A stretch of DNA of 60,366 nt, the filler included, from Hausera hauseri (Eukaryota): NCBI GenBank assembly GCA_046269625.1. It is 9 parts of 9 records of this genome, joined end to end, with 100 filler letters (N's around TTAATTAATTAA, not from the genome) between each part and the next. Parts side by side here need not be neighbours in the genome. Positions count along the whole stretch, not along the records: positions 19,590 to 26,903 come from JBJURY010023008.1; positions 27,004 to 34,785 come from JBJURY010903868.1; positions 34,886 to 39,156 come from JBJURY010665441.1; 6 more parts are not named here. One strand, given 5' to 3'. Below are positions 25,066 through 37,678 of the stretch, piece by piece. Numbering within the stretch: position 1 is the stretch's first letter; each line of letters starts with the position of its first letter. Under the pieces are notes generated by a model that worked only from the letters and a program-made list of their open reading frames with translations, was not told the DNA's origin and did not search any database. The translations under genes were made by a program, and so were the position numbers.

Positions 25066-26549
25066 TCTGAAAGTGATCTGAAAACGAAATCGCTATAATT
25101 CACACCAAAACTTAATCGTTTATCTTTTTAATAATTATTTGAGACAAAATACTGGACGTAATTCTTACGATTCTCCAATTTGATTCGTTTGTTCAGAAGC
25201 AGTAGCAATTGGCTTAAAAGTCCCAAATAAAATAAACGAATTGATCTGTGTGTGCTCTTTACCGTTTTACCGTTGCATTGCAATTATTTAAACCAAGATT
25301 ATATAATGTCAATCAATATAGGCTTTGAATGATAACGTCCATTTTCATTTAATTTTCCATATTGAAAATAATCAATGGCTTTATAAAATTGTTAGTTGTT
25401 TTTGTATGCACATTTAGAGAATTGGTCTAATAATTAACAATAGGGTTTTTATTTAAATGGTTTTTACCGTTTCGTGTTAGTTAGAAACATTGAGATTAGA
25501 AACATTGGGAGATTGGATCTCTCAAGTGACACAACTAAATGTTTAGTTTTTCTAATAAAACAAAATAATGTTTCCTCTGAGGATATATACAACAGAACTG
25601 TTAATAAATTATTCTGCCGCTATTTATATAACTGCTTGTTTAACTAAACTTTCTTGGGTGGTTGCTATTTCCAATGTTTAATGAGCTGTAGCTCGTACAG
25701 CAAAAGTGGAAGGTTCATCAGAAACTTTCCGCTCCACCAAACAAATACGTACTTCACCGTGTACCAAAAAGTAGTGAATTCAAGTGTACCAGAATTAACA
25801 TTTTGGCAGCTACTAATTTTTTTTCATTAACTTATTTAAACAGCGTAATTTTTTGGATTTGATGTTGAGAACATCGAATTTCTTTACCGGAAAGCTATTT
25901 ATTACATTCTTCTACCCCCGTTTTATAATATTGGTATGCTGTAAAATTTAATTATTATTATTGTTATTACTATTTTATTAGTGAAGTGAGAATGAAAACG
26001 ACATGTATTTTTATTCCATATACAAGAATATAATCTTGGTAAACATGTACATTATTCACATTAGTGACTAGTTTATTCATAACGTTTCGAAAGTCCAAGT
26101 GGAAGAAATTTGTATTTGTATAAACCAAATAATGGCACAATTGTCGTTAACTCACTTTCGAAAGGGGAAGTTAGGGGATAAATCCCCTCCAAGATACCAT
26201 TAACTGGTTCCAGAGTTGTACAAACAGTTTGAAGTAGTAGAGGATGCATTGTACTGTAGTTTCTAGATATTTTTTGTGATTTTTATGAGGTTTCGTAGTT
26301 ATGACAATTAGTGTAGCTCACATTGATACTTCTAAGCATATTTATATACCTTGTTCGACTAAATCATCAAATGTTCGTTTTGCAAATTTTCGTAAACCAA
26401 ATGCTACTCATGAATATTTGACTCTACTACTTTTTCTGACAGCTTACGTCACCGAATCGCATAATCAAGCATGTATCACTTAAGCTTTCAAGAAAACGGA
26501 GACGTATAAAATGTAATGCTCACAAATAAGTTGAAAAGGTTTGGCCAAA

Positions 26550-26645
26550 AAAGTCAAAATAACGCAATTGGAGATTCTAAATGTGGTCCAATTTGGGCAC
26601 TTGTTCAAATTTCCCCAACCCAAACTACGTTTAGGAATTTTGAAC
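26550..26645 (+). repeat. Short interspersed repeat shared with 53372-53458
   Basis: CAAAATAACGCAATTGGAGA..TAAATGT...TTCAAATTTCC...TACGTTTAG occurs in both places. Confidence 0.65.
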
Positions 26646-27003
26646 TTTGGTTAAATTATCGATTATTCTATTGAGCTAATGTTACATGGCTCAATACAAA
26701 GAAAAATGACGCAATCGGACTTTTCGAATATAAAAGTATTTCACACTTATTTAATCCTCCATTATGCATAAGGATTTTCAGGTTCAATAAAGTCTTCGGT
26801 CATTTTTTCGACCAATGTTCGAATTATATTGGAATTTTAGTATTCATTAATGTTTCGTTGCATTATATCCCTATAATAATTACTTTAATTAACAACCGGG
26901 CAGNNNNNNNNNNNNNNNNNNNNNNNNNNNNNNNNNNNNNNNNNNNNTTAATTAATTAANNNNNNNNNNNNNNNNNNNNNNNNNNNNNNNNNNNNNNNNN
27001 NNN

Positions 27004-30000
27004 AAGCAAATGGGCCAGAGGGAGCCGGCCGCTGTGGGGACCACACCAACCCCCGTGGCAAAGTGAAAGCTATAAAGGGCAAAGAAGACAGCGAGAAAAA
27101 ACCGCAAAAAGAAAAAGTGTCTGTGTCAGTCGATCTTAGTGTGGACAAGACGTTGGGTGCCTTCTAGTGATTTTTTCCTGCTATACTTGCTGAATGTGGC
27201 TCCGCATGTTTTGTTTTTATGCTGTGTTTGTTTGCAGAGGTTGAAGTTGAGGAAAAATTGTCGGATTTTGTTGTAAGTATTGTATTGTGCGAAGAGGAAT
27301 CAGAATGAAGAGAAGAAGAAGGTGAATGAAGAAGAGAGATTGTTGAAAACGGATGGTTAAAGGTATTCAAGGAGGTGTTAGAAGATGGAGAAAGGACAAA
27401 ATGTGTAGTGGCGGATAAAGGAAGAGAAGGAGAAGTAGGAGTAGAAATTGGAATTGATTTATGCGAGAGAGTGAAAGTGGAAGATGAAATAGAGGTAGTG
27501 ATAGAGAGAGGAAGAGAGATAGGGATAGAAGTAAAGAGAGGAGGAGGTTGCGAAGCGGAAGTGAAGGGGGTAAAAGACGATATGTGAGGAGGAAGGGAGA
27601 AAGAAAACGCCGAATATGAGTAAGGTGTGGAAAGAGATGCAGAAAGAGAGAGAGAAAGAAAAAACGGTGAAGAGGTACAAGGCGGAAAAAAGCAAAAAGA
27701 TGGAGAAGGTAGGTTGTTACCAGGGGATGCAGAGGTGTTGGAAAGCTTGAAGGTGCAGAATCGGATGGGGAGAAAGAGGTTGAATTGTGAGAAGAAACTG
27801 AAGTGGAAGTTTTGGAAGAAAACGTAGGGGAAAGTGGATTAAGACATTGAGCAGAGATGGAAGGTGAATTGTTGGATTGCTGCGCGTCGTATAAAGATGC
27901 TTGTGGAGAAGTGACTTCGATGGTAGATGTATCGTCGATGAAGAAGGCCGGCTTAGCGTTGTTGATGTGAACTGTTATTTTTTTGTCGTCTTTGAGAATG
28001 ATGATGTTGTGGGAGTGTAGGCAAATTACTTTGTAAGGGCCAACATACCGAGGTTGAAAAACACACGGCATTTGATTCTTTAACCAAACGAACTTGACAG
28101 TATATAAATCGTCGGGTATGTAAGGTTTATTTGCGTGTAACAATTTGCAAAATGAGTCTTTGCTGACCTCAAGGAAGTGTCTCTGTGCCGCTTGTATGGT
28201 TTCGTCTGTAGGAGTATTGTCCAGCGCAGTCATCTCGAATAATGATCTGATGGAAGTGCCAAATAATGCTTCTGCAGGTGAACAGCCTGTAGAAGTAGAT
28301 GGTGTATTCTGCCAGCCAACCAGAACGTACTGAAGGAGTGCAGTCCAACTGCGATTGGACTCAGCGATGATTTTGAGAGACTTTTTCACTATTCCGTGAA
28401 AGCGTTCGAGAAAGCCATTCGATTGGGGATGATATGGGAACGTGTAAATGTGGTTAATTCCCAATCGATTGATAAGAGCTTTAAACAGGTTAGATTCGAA
28501 CTGTGGACCTTGGTCCGAAATGATGTGGCGAGGTGATCAAAACCTGCTAATCCCGGTGCGGATGAAAACGTCTTCGATGGGTTCTGTGTTGGTGCTTCGA
28601 AGCGGAAGGACCTCTGACAATCGCGAGGAACGGTCCATCATTGTGAGGACGAAGTGATGACCGTTGTCTAAGGGTAGTGGGCCTACAAAATCAATGTGGA
28701 CGGATTTTAAACGAGACGTGCAGCGAAAATGAAATAGTGGCGGCTTTAGATGCATAGTAACTTTGTATTTTTGGCATGCCATACACTGCCTAACCCATAC
28801 CTGCACATCAGAGCGCATCAATGGCCATAATACTTGGCGTTGTAAGAGTCGAAAAGTGGCCTTGGTACCGGGGTGATTCAACGAATGGATGGTGTTGAAT
28901 GTTTCTTTTTGAAGCTATTCAGAAAGGATGACTTTAGGATAATTAGATTTGGAGGAGTCAAAGACCACACTGTCGATGGTTTTGCACGATTTAAAAGATT
29001 TAAGGATGTCAGGAGGTGGCTGGTTTTGTTGAAGTTTGGATTGAGGGGAAATTGGTGTAAAATTAATCGAGTTGACCGATCGGGACAAAAAGTCAGCTAC
29101 TAAATTGTCGACCCTGTTTAAGTGCTTAATTTCAAAATTAAATGTTGACAAATACGATATTTGCCTCTCTTGATGTGGAGAAGGCGATTTCGTGGTGAAA
29201 ATTTGAAACAAGGACTTGTGGTCCGTTTGTATTGTAAAGGTTTGTGCAGTTAGTAAATGTTTGAAGTGTTTTACGACAAGGACCATTGCAAGCAACTCTC
29301 TGTCAAAGGTGGAATATCTTTGCTCTTGTGCTGTGAATTTTCGAGAAAAGAATTCTAATGGCTCATGGGATCCATTTTTGACTTGATGGAAGACAGCACC
29401 TGCAACTGTTACGGATGCATCCGTGGTTTAGAAGAGTTCTGCATGGGAGTCAGGATTGGCCAGGATTTCCAGTTTTAGATTATCTTTGAGGTGATCGAAA
29501 GCGTTGACTACTTTGGCGGTCCATTGAATAGGCTGTTTTTTCTTGCCAGAGCTTAGTGATGCAAATGGAGCGATTAGAGTGGTGCAGTGTGGAATATACT
29601 TATAAATAAAGTGCAAGGTTCCGAGGAAAGAACGCATCTCTGTTGATGTACGTGGTAGCTGTATGTTTTTTGAGCTGTGATGCGGTCTGGCTGAAGTGAA
29701 TGTCCGGAGGAAATGCTAATAATATATCATAGGAAATTGACCTTGTGTTGAAAAAATGAGAATTTGGCGAAATTAATTTGCAAACTGTTTTGGTGCAAGC
29801 GCTAGATGATTAAACGTATGTGCTCGGAGTGTTGTTTCGAGGAAGATGATGCAATTAGGATATCATCGATATAGGGATAAGCAAAGTTTAAGCCTGAGAG
29901 AACTGTATCAATATGCCTTTGGAAGGTCTGGGAAGCTCTACGGAGTCAAAAAGGCATGAAAAGGTATTCAAAAAGGCCGAATGGTGTAATGACAGCCGTT

Positions 30001-30181
30001 TTCAAAATGTCTGCTGGCGCCACCGGAATTTGGTGGTATGCTTTGTGCAAATCAATGCAGGAAAAATGGTCAAACCATTGAGCCTGTGAAGATTATCGTT
30101 GATTAATGGTAGAGGGTAGGCATCCATTGTTGTTATTATGTTGAGTTGGCGATAGTCACCGCATGGGCAAAAGGTACCATC
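27004..30181 (-). mobile_element. Gypsy family A 3' part: RT-RNaseH-integrase, Ser/Pro-rich tail, PPT and start of 3' LTR
   Basis: PCGDYRQLN, TTDAS, TDHKSL, HPG..C..C, HIDFVGPLP, YHPQSNGFLERFH, GPY. LTR starts TGTGGTCCCCACAGC at 27045. Confidence 0.92.
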
Positions 30182-30290
30182 TGTGGTGCCCACAGGGGCC
30201 GGTGCCCTTTGGCCCATTTTGTCGTGCATGACCGGGCGTTTATTGCAGCCGCGTCGGGCCTATAGGCGGGCCCCGATCTTCCGCCTCGAA
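30182..30290 (+). repeat. Family A LTR 5' segment heading an insertion
   Basis: TGTGGTGCCCACAGGGGCCGGTGCCCTTTGGCCCATTT aligns with the LTR start at 27045 (TGTGGTCCCCACAGCGGCCGGCTCCCTCTGGCCCATTT). Right boundary approximate. Confidence 0.75.
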
Positions 30291-30489
30291 AGAATTCTAA
30301 AATGCTGCATGAAGTCGTCTATTTTAAAACCACATTTGAAATATACGTGTCCAAATGCCGTGGTGGCTAAAAGGATGCCATATAATCATAGTTTAAATGG
30401 TACAACTTTTAAAAGTGAAGAAATCATTTGCTTCGGTCATGTCAATAGTGCGAATATTAAACCATGGAAAGCTGTCACTTCATTTGCAA

Positions 30490-30720
30490 CTGGTCTCAAA
30501 TACTGTGTTGAAATTATCAAATTTGTCCAACAGAAATCTGGGAAAAAAGTTTCCAAGCAAGACTTTTTAAATTTCCTCTGCGATGATATTTGTGCGAATC
30601 AGTTCGGATTCTGTTCATGCTACTTGTAAAATGTTTGTTAATACGTACGGTGCTATGCTGTACGAATTGGTTACATCAAAAATTCCACAGGATTTGTGTT
30701 CAATGATTTCGGCCTGTCCG
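30490..30720 (+). pseudogene. Saposin B-type domain (frameshifted)
   Basis: KYCVEIIKFV...FLNFLCDDIC, then CKMFVNTYGAMLYELVTSKIPQDLCSMISACP, fits the SapB C..FV..YG......P..C..I..C pattern. Confidence 0.65.
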
Positions 30721-31107
30721 CATAAGGCAAATAGCGTTTTGATAAATAAATTGCAATTTATCCGAGAAACTAAACAACTTGAAACAATGCCAGTTTTGGA
30801 AGAAGACGAGCAGGAATCTTCTTTCCCGGAAAATGTAATGAACTCATTAAAGAAATCCAATTTTCCCAACCACGATCCGTTTAAAAGTGAATTAGAAGTA
30901 CATCAAACAATCGAGGATGAAGATGAAATTTAGTACGAAACGTCTCGGTGTTCCGACGAAAACGTTCACAAGTTATCAGATTTGGCAGACCTGAGTCACA
31001 CATTTATTCCAGATGATGATCGAAATTATGAAACATTTAATCCTAGTGATAGGGAAAGCATTAACTTTACAAAAACAATCAGGAATCAGTGTCAATTGCC
31101 AGACAAT

Positions 31108-32033
31108 GAACTAAACATGGATAATTTAATAAGACGCCTTTTGGAAGTAAGAGGTTGTCGACAAGGAAAACAGATCGATTTATCGGAAGATGAACTGCGA
31201 GATCTATGTTTGAAAAGCAAAGACATTTTTATAAATCAAAATATTCTTTTAGAATTAGAAGCTCCAGTGAAAATTTGCGGTGTTATTCACGGTCAATATA
31301 CTGACCTTTTGAGGTTGTTTGAATATGGTGGTTTTCCACCTGATGCTAATTATCTATTTCTCGGTGATTATGTTGACAGGGGCAAGTACAATTTAGAAAC
31401 GATTAGTCCCTTGTTAGCATATAAAGTCAAATATCCCGAAAATCTCTTTCTACTATGCGGAAATCATAAAAGCGCTGCTATTAATCGAATTTATGGATTT
31501 TATGATGAATGTAAAAGACGATTCAGTATTAAACTATAGAAGACATTTGCTGATTGTTTCAATTGTCTTCCAATTGCAGCGCTGGTAAAAAAATATAATT
31601 TGCTGTCATGGAGGATTATCTCCCGATTTGCAAAAACATGGATCAATTGAAAAAGATTACACGACCGACCGATGTTCCAGATACTGGCTTATTATGTGAC
31701 GTTCTTTGGTCAGATACAGATAAAGAAACAGACACATTGGGTAAAAACGAAAGAGATTTGAGCTTTACATTTGGTGCTGAAAACGTATCAAAATTTCTCA
31801 ATCGTCATGATCTTGATGTGATCGCTCGTGCTCATCAGGTAGTTGAAGATGGTTACGAATTTTTCGCTCGTAGGCAGTTGATTACACTTTTCAGTTCTTC
31901 AAATTATTGGGGAGAATTTGATAATGCCGGTGCAATGATGATTGTTGATGGAAATTTACTCTGTTCGTTTCAGATCATCCAGCCAAGAGAAAGACGAAAT
32001 ATCAGTATCTGGTTAAACCAAATGTTGGATTAA
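31108..32033 (+). pseudogene. PP1: Intronless protein phosphatase 1 catalytic subunit pseudogene
   Basis: [18 protein letters not shown](V)[41 protein letters not shown] is changed to GVIHG, RGNHE to CGNHK, a conserved Trp is TAG at 31537, and there are frameshifts. Confidence 0.95.
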
Positions 32034-32673
32034 CTGAAAACAACCTTACTACCAAAAATCGGTCAAAAATCAAAGTTTGAACTGAAATTTGCTCAGACTT
32101 CTTTTCACTGTACTTTTTGTATTGAAATGATTATGATGATGTTGAAAATAGACTAATTGCAATTGTTCAACGTTTTTGGAAGTATGCACTTCGATGGCTT
32201 TTATTATTCCTCTATTATCTTCAATATCAACCGATCAGCATGATACTTTTATTATACTTGTTTCAATATAATTATTAATTTTGTACTTGTTAACTCCAAT
32301 CGTCTTGTCTTTTGAATTTTATTAGTGTTTCAACGCGTTAGTTTTTCAATGTTTCTTTTCAAGAGTGAATTCAGAGTATATTGAACTTTTGAAATTTTGT
32401 TTAAATGAAAATAATTGTTAATGAAAAAAAAACGTGGACACGAATTGTTTTCTTTAAATCGCTATTTTCTTGCCATATAATTCAGATTATTTTGAATATT
32501 TATATTTTACAACCGCCGTTGAAATAAAAGCCGTTGGTGAAATGACATCTCAGAATGAGTCGAATCTGTCTAAATTGGGAATTATTTCTGAATAGGCGAT
32601 AAATTTGGTGATACGTTTGTACAAAGTTTTTGCAAGAATTCAATCAAAAACGTGTTTCAAAACAACAATTTTA

Positions 32674-34785
32674 TACCATCTTTTTTGGAACCACATGTAG
32701 TGGTGAAGACAATGGGATTTTGGTCTTCTGATTATTCCTGATTTTTCCAGTTCGAAAATCTCAGCCTACACTGCCTGTCTGCGGCGAGGCGATAGCAAGC
32801 GGACCTTTGGACGGACTGGTCTTTGATGTGCTCTTACTATCTGATGGAAGGTTATTTACGTGGTACGAATGATTTGTCCTTTTGAAACAGACGTGTGCAG
32901 GAAGACGAAATATATTGCTGTAAGTCAGAGGGCAACGATGAACAGTTTTCAAATGGTGTCGATGCATCGTAACTGGATGCAGTTGAGGTATGAGTTGTAG
33001 ACGAAATGTTGTGACAAGTTGGTATTAGGTGCAGGATGTTCGTATTTAAGATGGTGTTGGCAGCTGTACAATCAGTAATAGGTGCCACGCAGTTGGTAAT
33101 ATCGTATTTGTTGCCGTAATAAAAATTTCCATATAACGAATGATTATAAAAATAATTTAAATCGGAAGTCGTTTTCTTTAGTATTGACTTGCTGGAAGCG
33201 ATCGCCCAGGTGGTCATCGAAATGCTGCTAATTTGATTAGGATTATTTCCGCTCTTTAAGGAACATCGTTTGCAGTATACAAATAAATTATAGTGGGACA
33301 GAAAGTCTAAACCCAATATAGGTGTGCGTACACTGGCTACTGTAAATTTCCAAGTGAATGTGTTTGGGAAATTCGGAAGAGTGAAGGTTAATTTAGTAAC
33401 ACCAAAAATTTGTAAAGGTTTACCGGACGCAGTGAACAGTTGTTTTTTGAAGTGAAATTGTTTTGAATGTGCTGTGTTGGTTGTAGTGAAGGGATTGCTG
33501 TGCCGGTGTCTATGAGAAAGTTAATGTTTTGCTTTGTTGGAGTGACGACTACCGCTTCCAACGTGAATACAGCAAAAGAAATGTGTCGGCTATCGTTTTG
33601 TAGGTTGTTGCTTTGCTAGAACTTGCCGTGTGTTCTAGCGGCGAAATCAGTTTTTTGTAGCTAGTGAGTTTGGCCCACTATTTTGTATGGGTTTAATAGT
33701 GTCTATTTTATTGTGCGCATTGTAGTTACAGCCAGGTATGCATTTTTGTGCTTTTGTTCCAAATTTTGAGTGATAGATGCAAACGATGTTGCTTGAATTA
33801 AAATTGGGGGAGTAAAATTTACAACCGACGCAGCATTTCTGAGCATTGTTACCAAATTTTTATGGTAGTAGCAAATAGACGACCGAGCGGGCTAGGGCGA
33901 CCGTCTTTGTCGTTGATTAAATACGTTAGGGGAAGTAGCCCTAGAAAAGCCTCGTCGAGGCAAAGTAAAACTCATTTAATTTCTCGTTTATGTTGTTAAT
34001 TGTCTTTTGCAACATTTCACTGTCTGTGCGTAATTGCGCAATTATTGCTGCAGCATTGCATTTTGTTGTTGTTAGTTTGTTGTTAATGCCTCATAGACAG
34101 TTGGTGTTGTGTGAGTGCAGCACTTCATAGGCTTTGTCTACCAGTTCGGCTAACTTTTCCAGTGCCGTGGAGTCCTCGACCACAGTTAGCAAAGCTCTTA
34201 TTTGAAGGACAATGCATTTAAAAAGTAACGACGAAGAAGTTTCCGACTATGCTCACATGTTACGCCAAGGGTATTGAGGTGAGACAAAGACGTGCGCAAA
34301 AATTCAGAGGACTTCTGTAGGCTCATGGCGTTGTCATTGAAGAACCTTTGAATAATAGAATCGATTGACGGCTCAGTGAGCTTAAGAACGGCATTATAAA
34401 GTTGAGCATATAGGTCGGTGTGCCGAAGGATGTCGATGATGTTTGTGATTTTTGTTTTTATGGAAGCAGGTAAATGAAAAAATAGGCTGTTGGCTTTGGA
34501 TAAGGGATCGACGACGTTATGTGATTGCAGCCAGAATTGATGAAGTTTTAGCCATGTTTGGGTAGAATTTTGGTTATCGAGAAATTATTCTGTGCAGGGT
34601 GAATGAGTGGGGAATTTGTGCTCTGTCGAAGTGTTTGAGGCACTTTGTTTGGGTAAGTGATAGAGATTGGTGGTTTGGTGGGTTTGTCCGTGGTATTAAT
34701 AGTGGGAGATGAATCCGTGCCACCACGGATGCGGAAATGAATGTAAAGACAGATGTTGGATGACGAAGATTGCAGAGTTCCAACG
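32674..34785 (-). mobile_element. Gypsy family A 5' part (UBL end, Gag, protease, RT start); continues at 30181
   Basis: HFRIRGG at 34719-34739; Gag homologous to 21295-22458; FLIDTG; ILGLDFL; SPLHVVPKK(DG) ends at 32674 and resumes as DGTFCPCGDY at 30181. Confidence 0.9.
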
Positions 34786-35298
34786 NNNNNNNNNNNNNNN
34801 NNNNNNNNNNNNNNNNNNNNNNNNNNNNNTTAATTAATTAANNNNNNNNNNNNNNNNNNNNNNNNNNNNNNNNNNNNNNNNNNNNTGTATAAAAGTTAGA
34901 AATTAATTTTTGGCTTCTTTCCGTTTTGCAATAACACAAGTGTCCCTACTATAATCCAAAGTAAATTGGATCTGGAATTTCTAACCCATCATGAACTAGA
35001 CTACTTTGCAAAGAACCCTAGCTTGATTTTAGGAAACTTGAAGGATTGTTTATTCCAGAGCAGCCTGTGGATTGTATTAAAGTAAACCAAATGGGAAAAG
35101 TAGTATACGTTTGATCACATGTTTGTGTTTCAGAATTGGTGTTAGAGTAGATGGTATACTTTGTGTTTTAACTGTGCCAGTATAAGTTGAATCACTCTTC
35201 TGCTTTTTCCCAATAAGTATGACCATCAAAAAGAAAAACTCTTTGCCAATGAAGTTTTAGGATGACTTTATGGTAAATGTATCTCAATGGTTGTAGAT

Positions 35299-35647
35299 TT
35301 AATTGTTGGGCTCCTGCTCCTCTAGATGGTCAGGGATGGGTAGACCGGTGAGAATTGTCAGACACTTATTCCACACATTGAAAACGGGACACACAGGCTG
35401 AACAAAGGAGACATTAAATGTGTGGAGATGCTGTGAGCCCATGGCGTCGTAGAAAGACAGATATCCAGCATCGTAATCTAGCAGGATCCCAATGCGACGA
35501 AGGTGGGGTGATGGCTCAATGGCCATCTCCTTGCTGTTATGGCGAACCACACAGGAGTTGTTGCAGCGGCAGAGCACCCAAGAGGCCGAGTTCTTTCCAA
35601 TCCACTCATGCTTTGGGGCAGACTTGTAGGCAATGCCAATAGCGTAC
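35299..35647 (-). CDS. MID1: Midline-1 (TRIM18) last exon, B30.2/SPRY C-terminus, vertebrate type
   Basis: After a polypyrimidine-CAG acceptor: (W)[30 protein letters not shown]...LLDYD...[26 protein letters not shown], nearly colinear with vertebrate MID1. Confidence 0.92.
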
Positions 35648-35701
35648 CTGTTGAGCAGAAAACAACAAAAAAACTAAGATTCAAACAAAGGGCGACAATA
35701 T

Positions 35702-37678
35702 AAGTTCAGCACTTTTAAGCTGCATGGAGAAAGCTTATCGAGAAAGGAAGTAGAATTAAGGATCGCAGCATTACCATTAAAACTAATGATGGAAATCACT
35801 TGTTAAGAAACCCCAATAGTGCTTTTGCCTCCTTTGATATACCATCAACACCTAACGGAAGATCAAATAGACCAACATTTGGGATCGTATAAACTGGTAC
35901 AAGACGGACGGAACGTCCGTATAATTGCAACAAACTACGGAAAAGGAGACGATGGAAATTTCATTCCAATTGAGGTTTCAATTAGAGATATTAACGGTGT
36001 AGAAGTTTATTCTAGACTTATCACACCTCAGAAAAGAGTAAAAGAAACATTTGCAGAAATAACGGGAATCAGGAAAGAAGACCTAACAAATGGAAGAGAT
36101 GTTCGAATAGTGGAAAAGCAGCTAAACCACTGTTTATACGGATGCATGATCGCAGGATTTAGAACCCAGAAACAAGTTGACAAACTGAAAATAAACCCTA
36201 TAAATATAGCCGGGATACGAGAATTTTGGCCTCACCCTAAGATTAAAGAGAAAATGGATAATGTAAACCGACCAATTCCTATGACCATGGCAAGACATTT
36301 TAAAGCAATGATAGAAATCATCAATCTGCAGTTGTCCGCTATTAAAAGAACCCAATATTTGCGTGGTATATACACCACGATCAAATGGGATCATCAATGG
36401 TCGGCATTGAGTCCCAAAAATAAAATTCAAAGCATTACGAACCCAAAAGAATTAAATTCTCGCCACCGAAAGTAATTTCACTCGTATTCGCCAATACGAG
36501 TTGTAGAACCCAAAAAGGATAATAATATTCAAATTACGGTATCAAACCAAGAGGATATTGCCCAACATAAATCAAGTAACGTTACATATGGATTTCAAAT
36601 ACTAATAAAAACTAAAAAAATCGAGGAAAGTTATCAAGGAACATCAACCAAAAAGCCAAAATTGAGAGATCCATCTGCAGAAAAGAAAACGAAATCAATA
36701 TTAGGATTCTTAAAGAAAAAAGAAAAAGGACCATCCCAAATTGAACAAATCAGAGAACATCCTACCGAAAGTATGCCAAAGAAACTTATGGAAGTGAATA
36801 TTCTTAAAAAGGGACAAGTAGAGAAGAAAATAACAACGATAGCAAGTTTAGAGGACACGAAAGATTATCCTAGCATCTTAATTATGGCAGAGTATGTAAG
36901 TCGTGGAAAGATCAAAGAAGTGATATTTTATATCTATACAGTGCCAGTACTAGAAATACATGAAAATGCATATGTCCAGATTGACCCCAAGTTAGGAAGA
37001 TACTTAACACCAGTATTCAGATTGTTGACAGGATCCAAGAAGGTAACCGTGCCGGTAGGTACCCAAGCTAGGATAGAAATAAAAAAACAATATAAGAAAA
37101 TGAAAATACCGGACTTAGATGCTCAACCCGTAATTGAGTGGACCTTAATAGCTGGTAATGGAGACCCACGGAAAAGTTCAATAGACCAAGATCAAAAGCA
37201 ACTGCATGGATAACTTTATAAAAACCCCAAAGGATTGTTGTTCCAAGAGATAACATTGATTACGGACTGTGATCTTGATAGCGATACCGAGAATTATTGC
37301 CCCGTATGTGAATCCAATTTGTGGCAAGGCTATGTAATTTTAGCAAATAAGAACTGTAGACATCGGCATTGTCGAGATTGTTTGGAAAAATGGACGCTGA
37401 TTAATGGAAAAATGACATGCCCAGTATGCCGAGCAGAGGCACCTCAGTTAAAATACTTTTCACGTGGCGAAAATAATCGAGTAGTCGAGATAAAAGCTCC
37501 CAATGCTTACTACTCGGAGCAGAATTCCCAAACCAGTATACGGATTAATTCCCTGAATGATTCAAAATCGGACTTACGAGAAAGACTGAATGCGCTACAA
37601 TACCCAAATTATGGCGCCACCTCTCCTGACGCAATATGCACATCCGAGGATGTCGCTCAGGGAGGAGAAATGTTGTAA
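35702..37678 (+). pseudogene. Gypsy family B accessory ORF: DEDDh-exonuclease-like domain, unknown region, C3HC4 RING
   Basis: ORFs 35819, 36662 and 37235 are in one frame separated only by single TAA codons. IEVSIRDINGVEVYSRLITP...ITGIRKEDL...V...L...GCMIAGF is ISG20/REX4-like. RING CPVC..CRHRHCRDC..W..CPVC. Confidence 0.75.

Noticed and set aside
27375-27827. Glu/Arg-rich plus-strand ORFs
   Set aside because: Antisense shadows of the pyrimidine-rich Gypsy tail.
35702-37213. Stop-codon reassignment or readthrough (several in-frame TAA here and in the ferredoxin)
   Set aside because: Other genes end normally in TAA/TAG, and internal stops elsewhere replace different residues (Trp in PP1) alongside frameshifts. 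Decay or sequencing error explains them.
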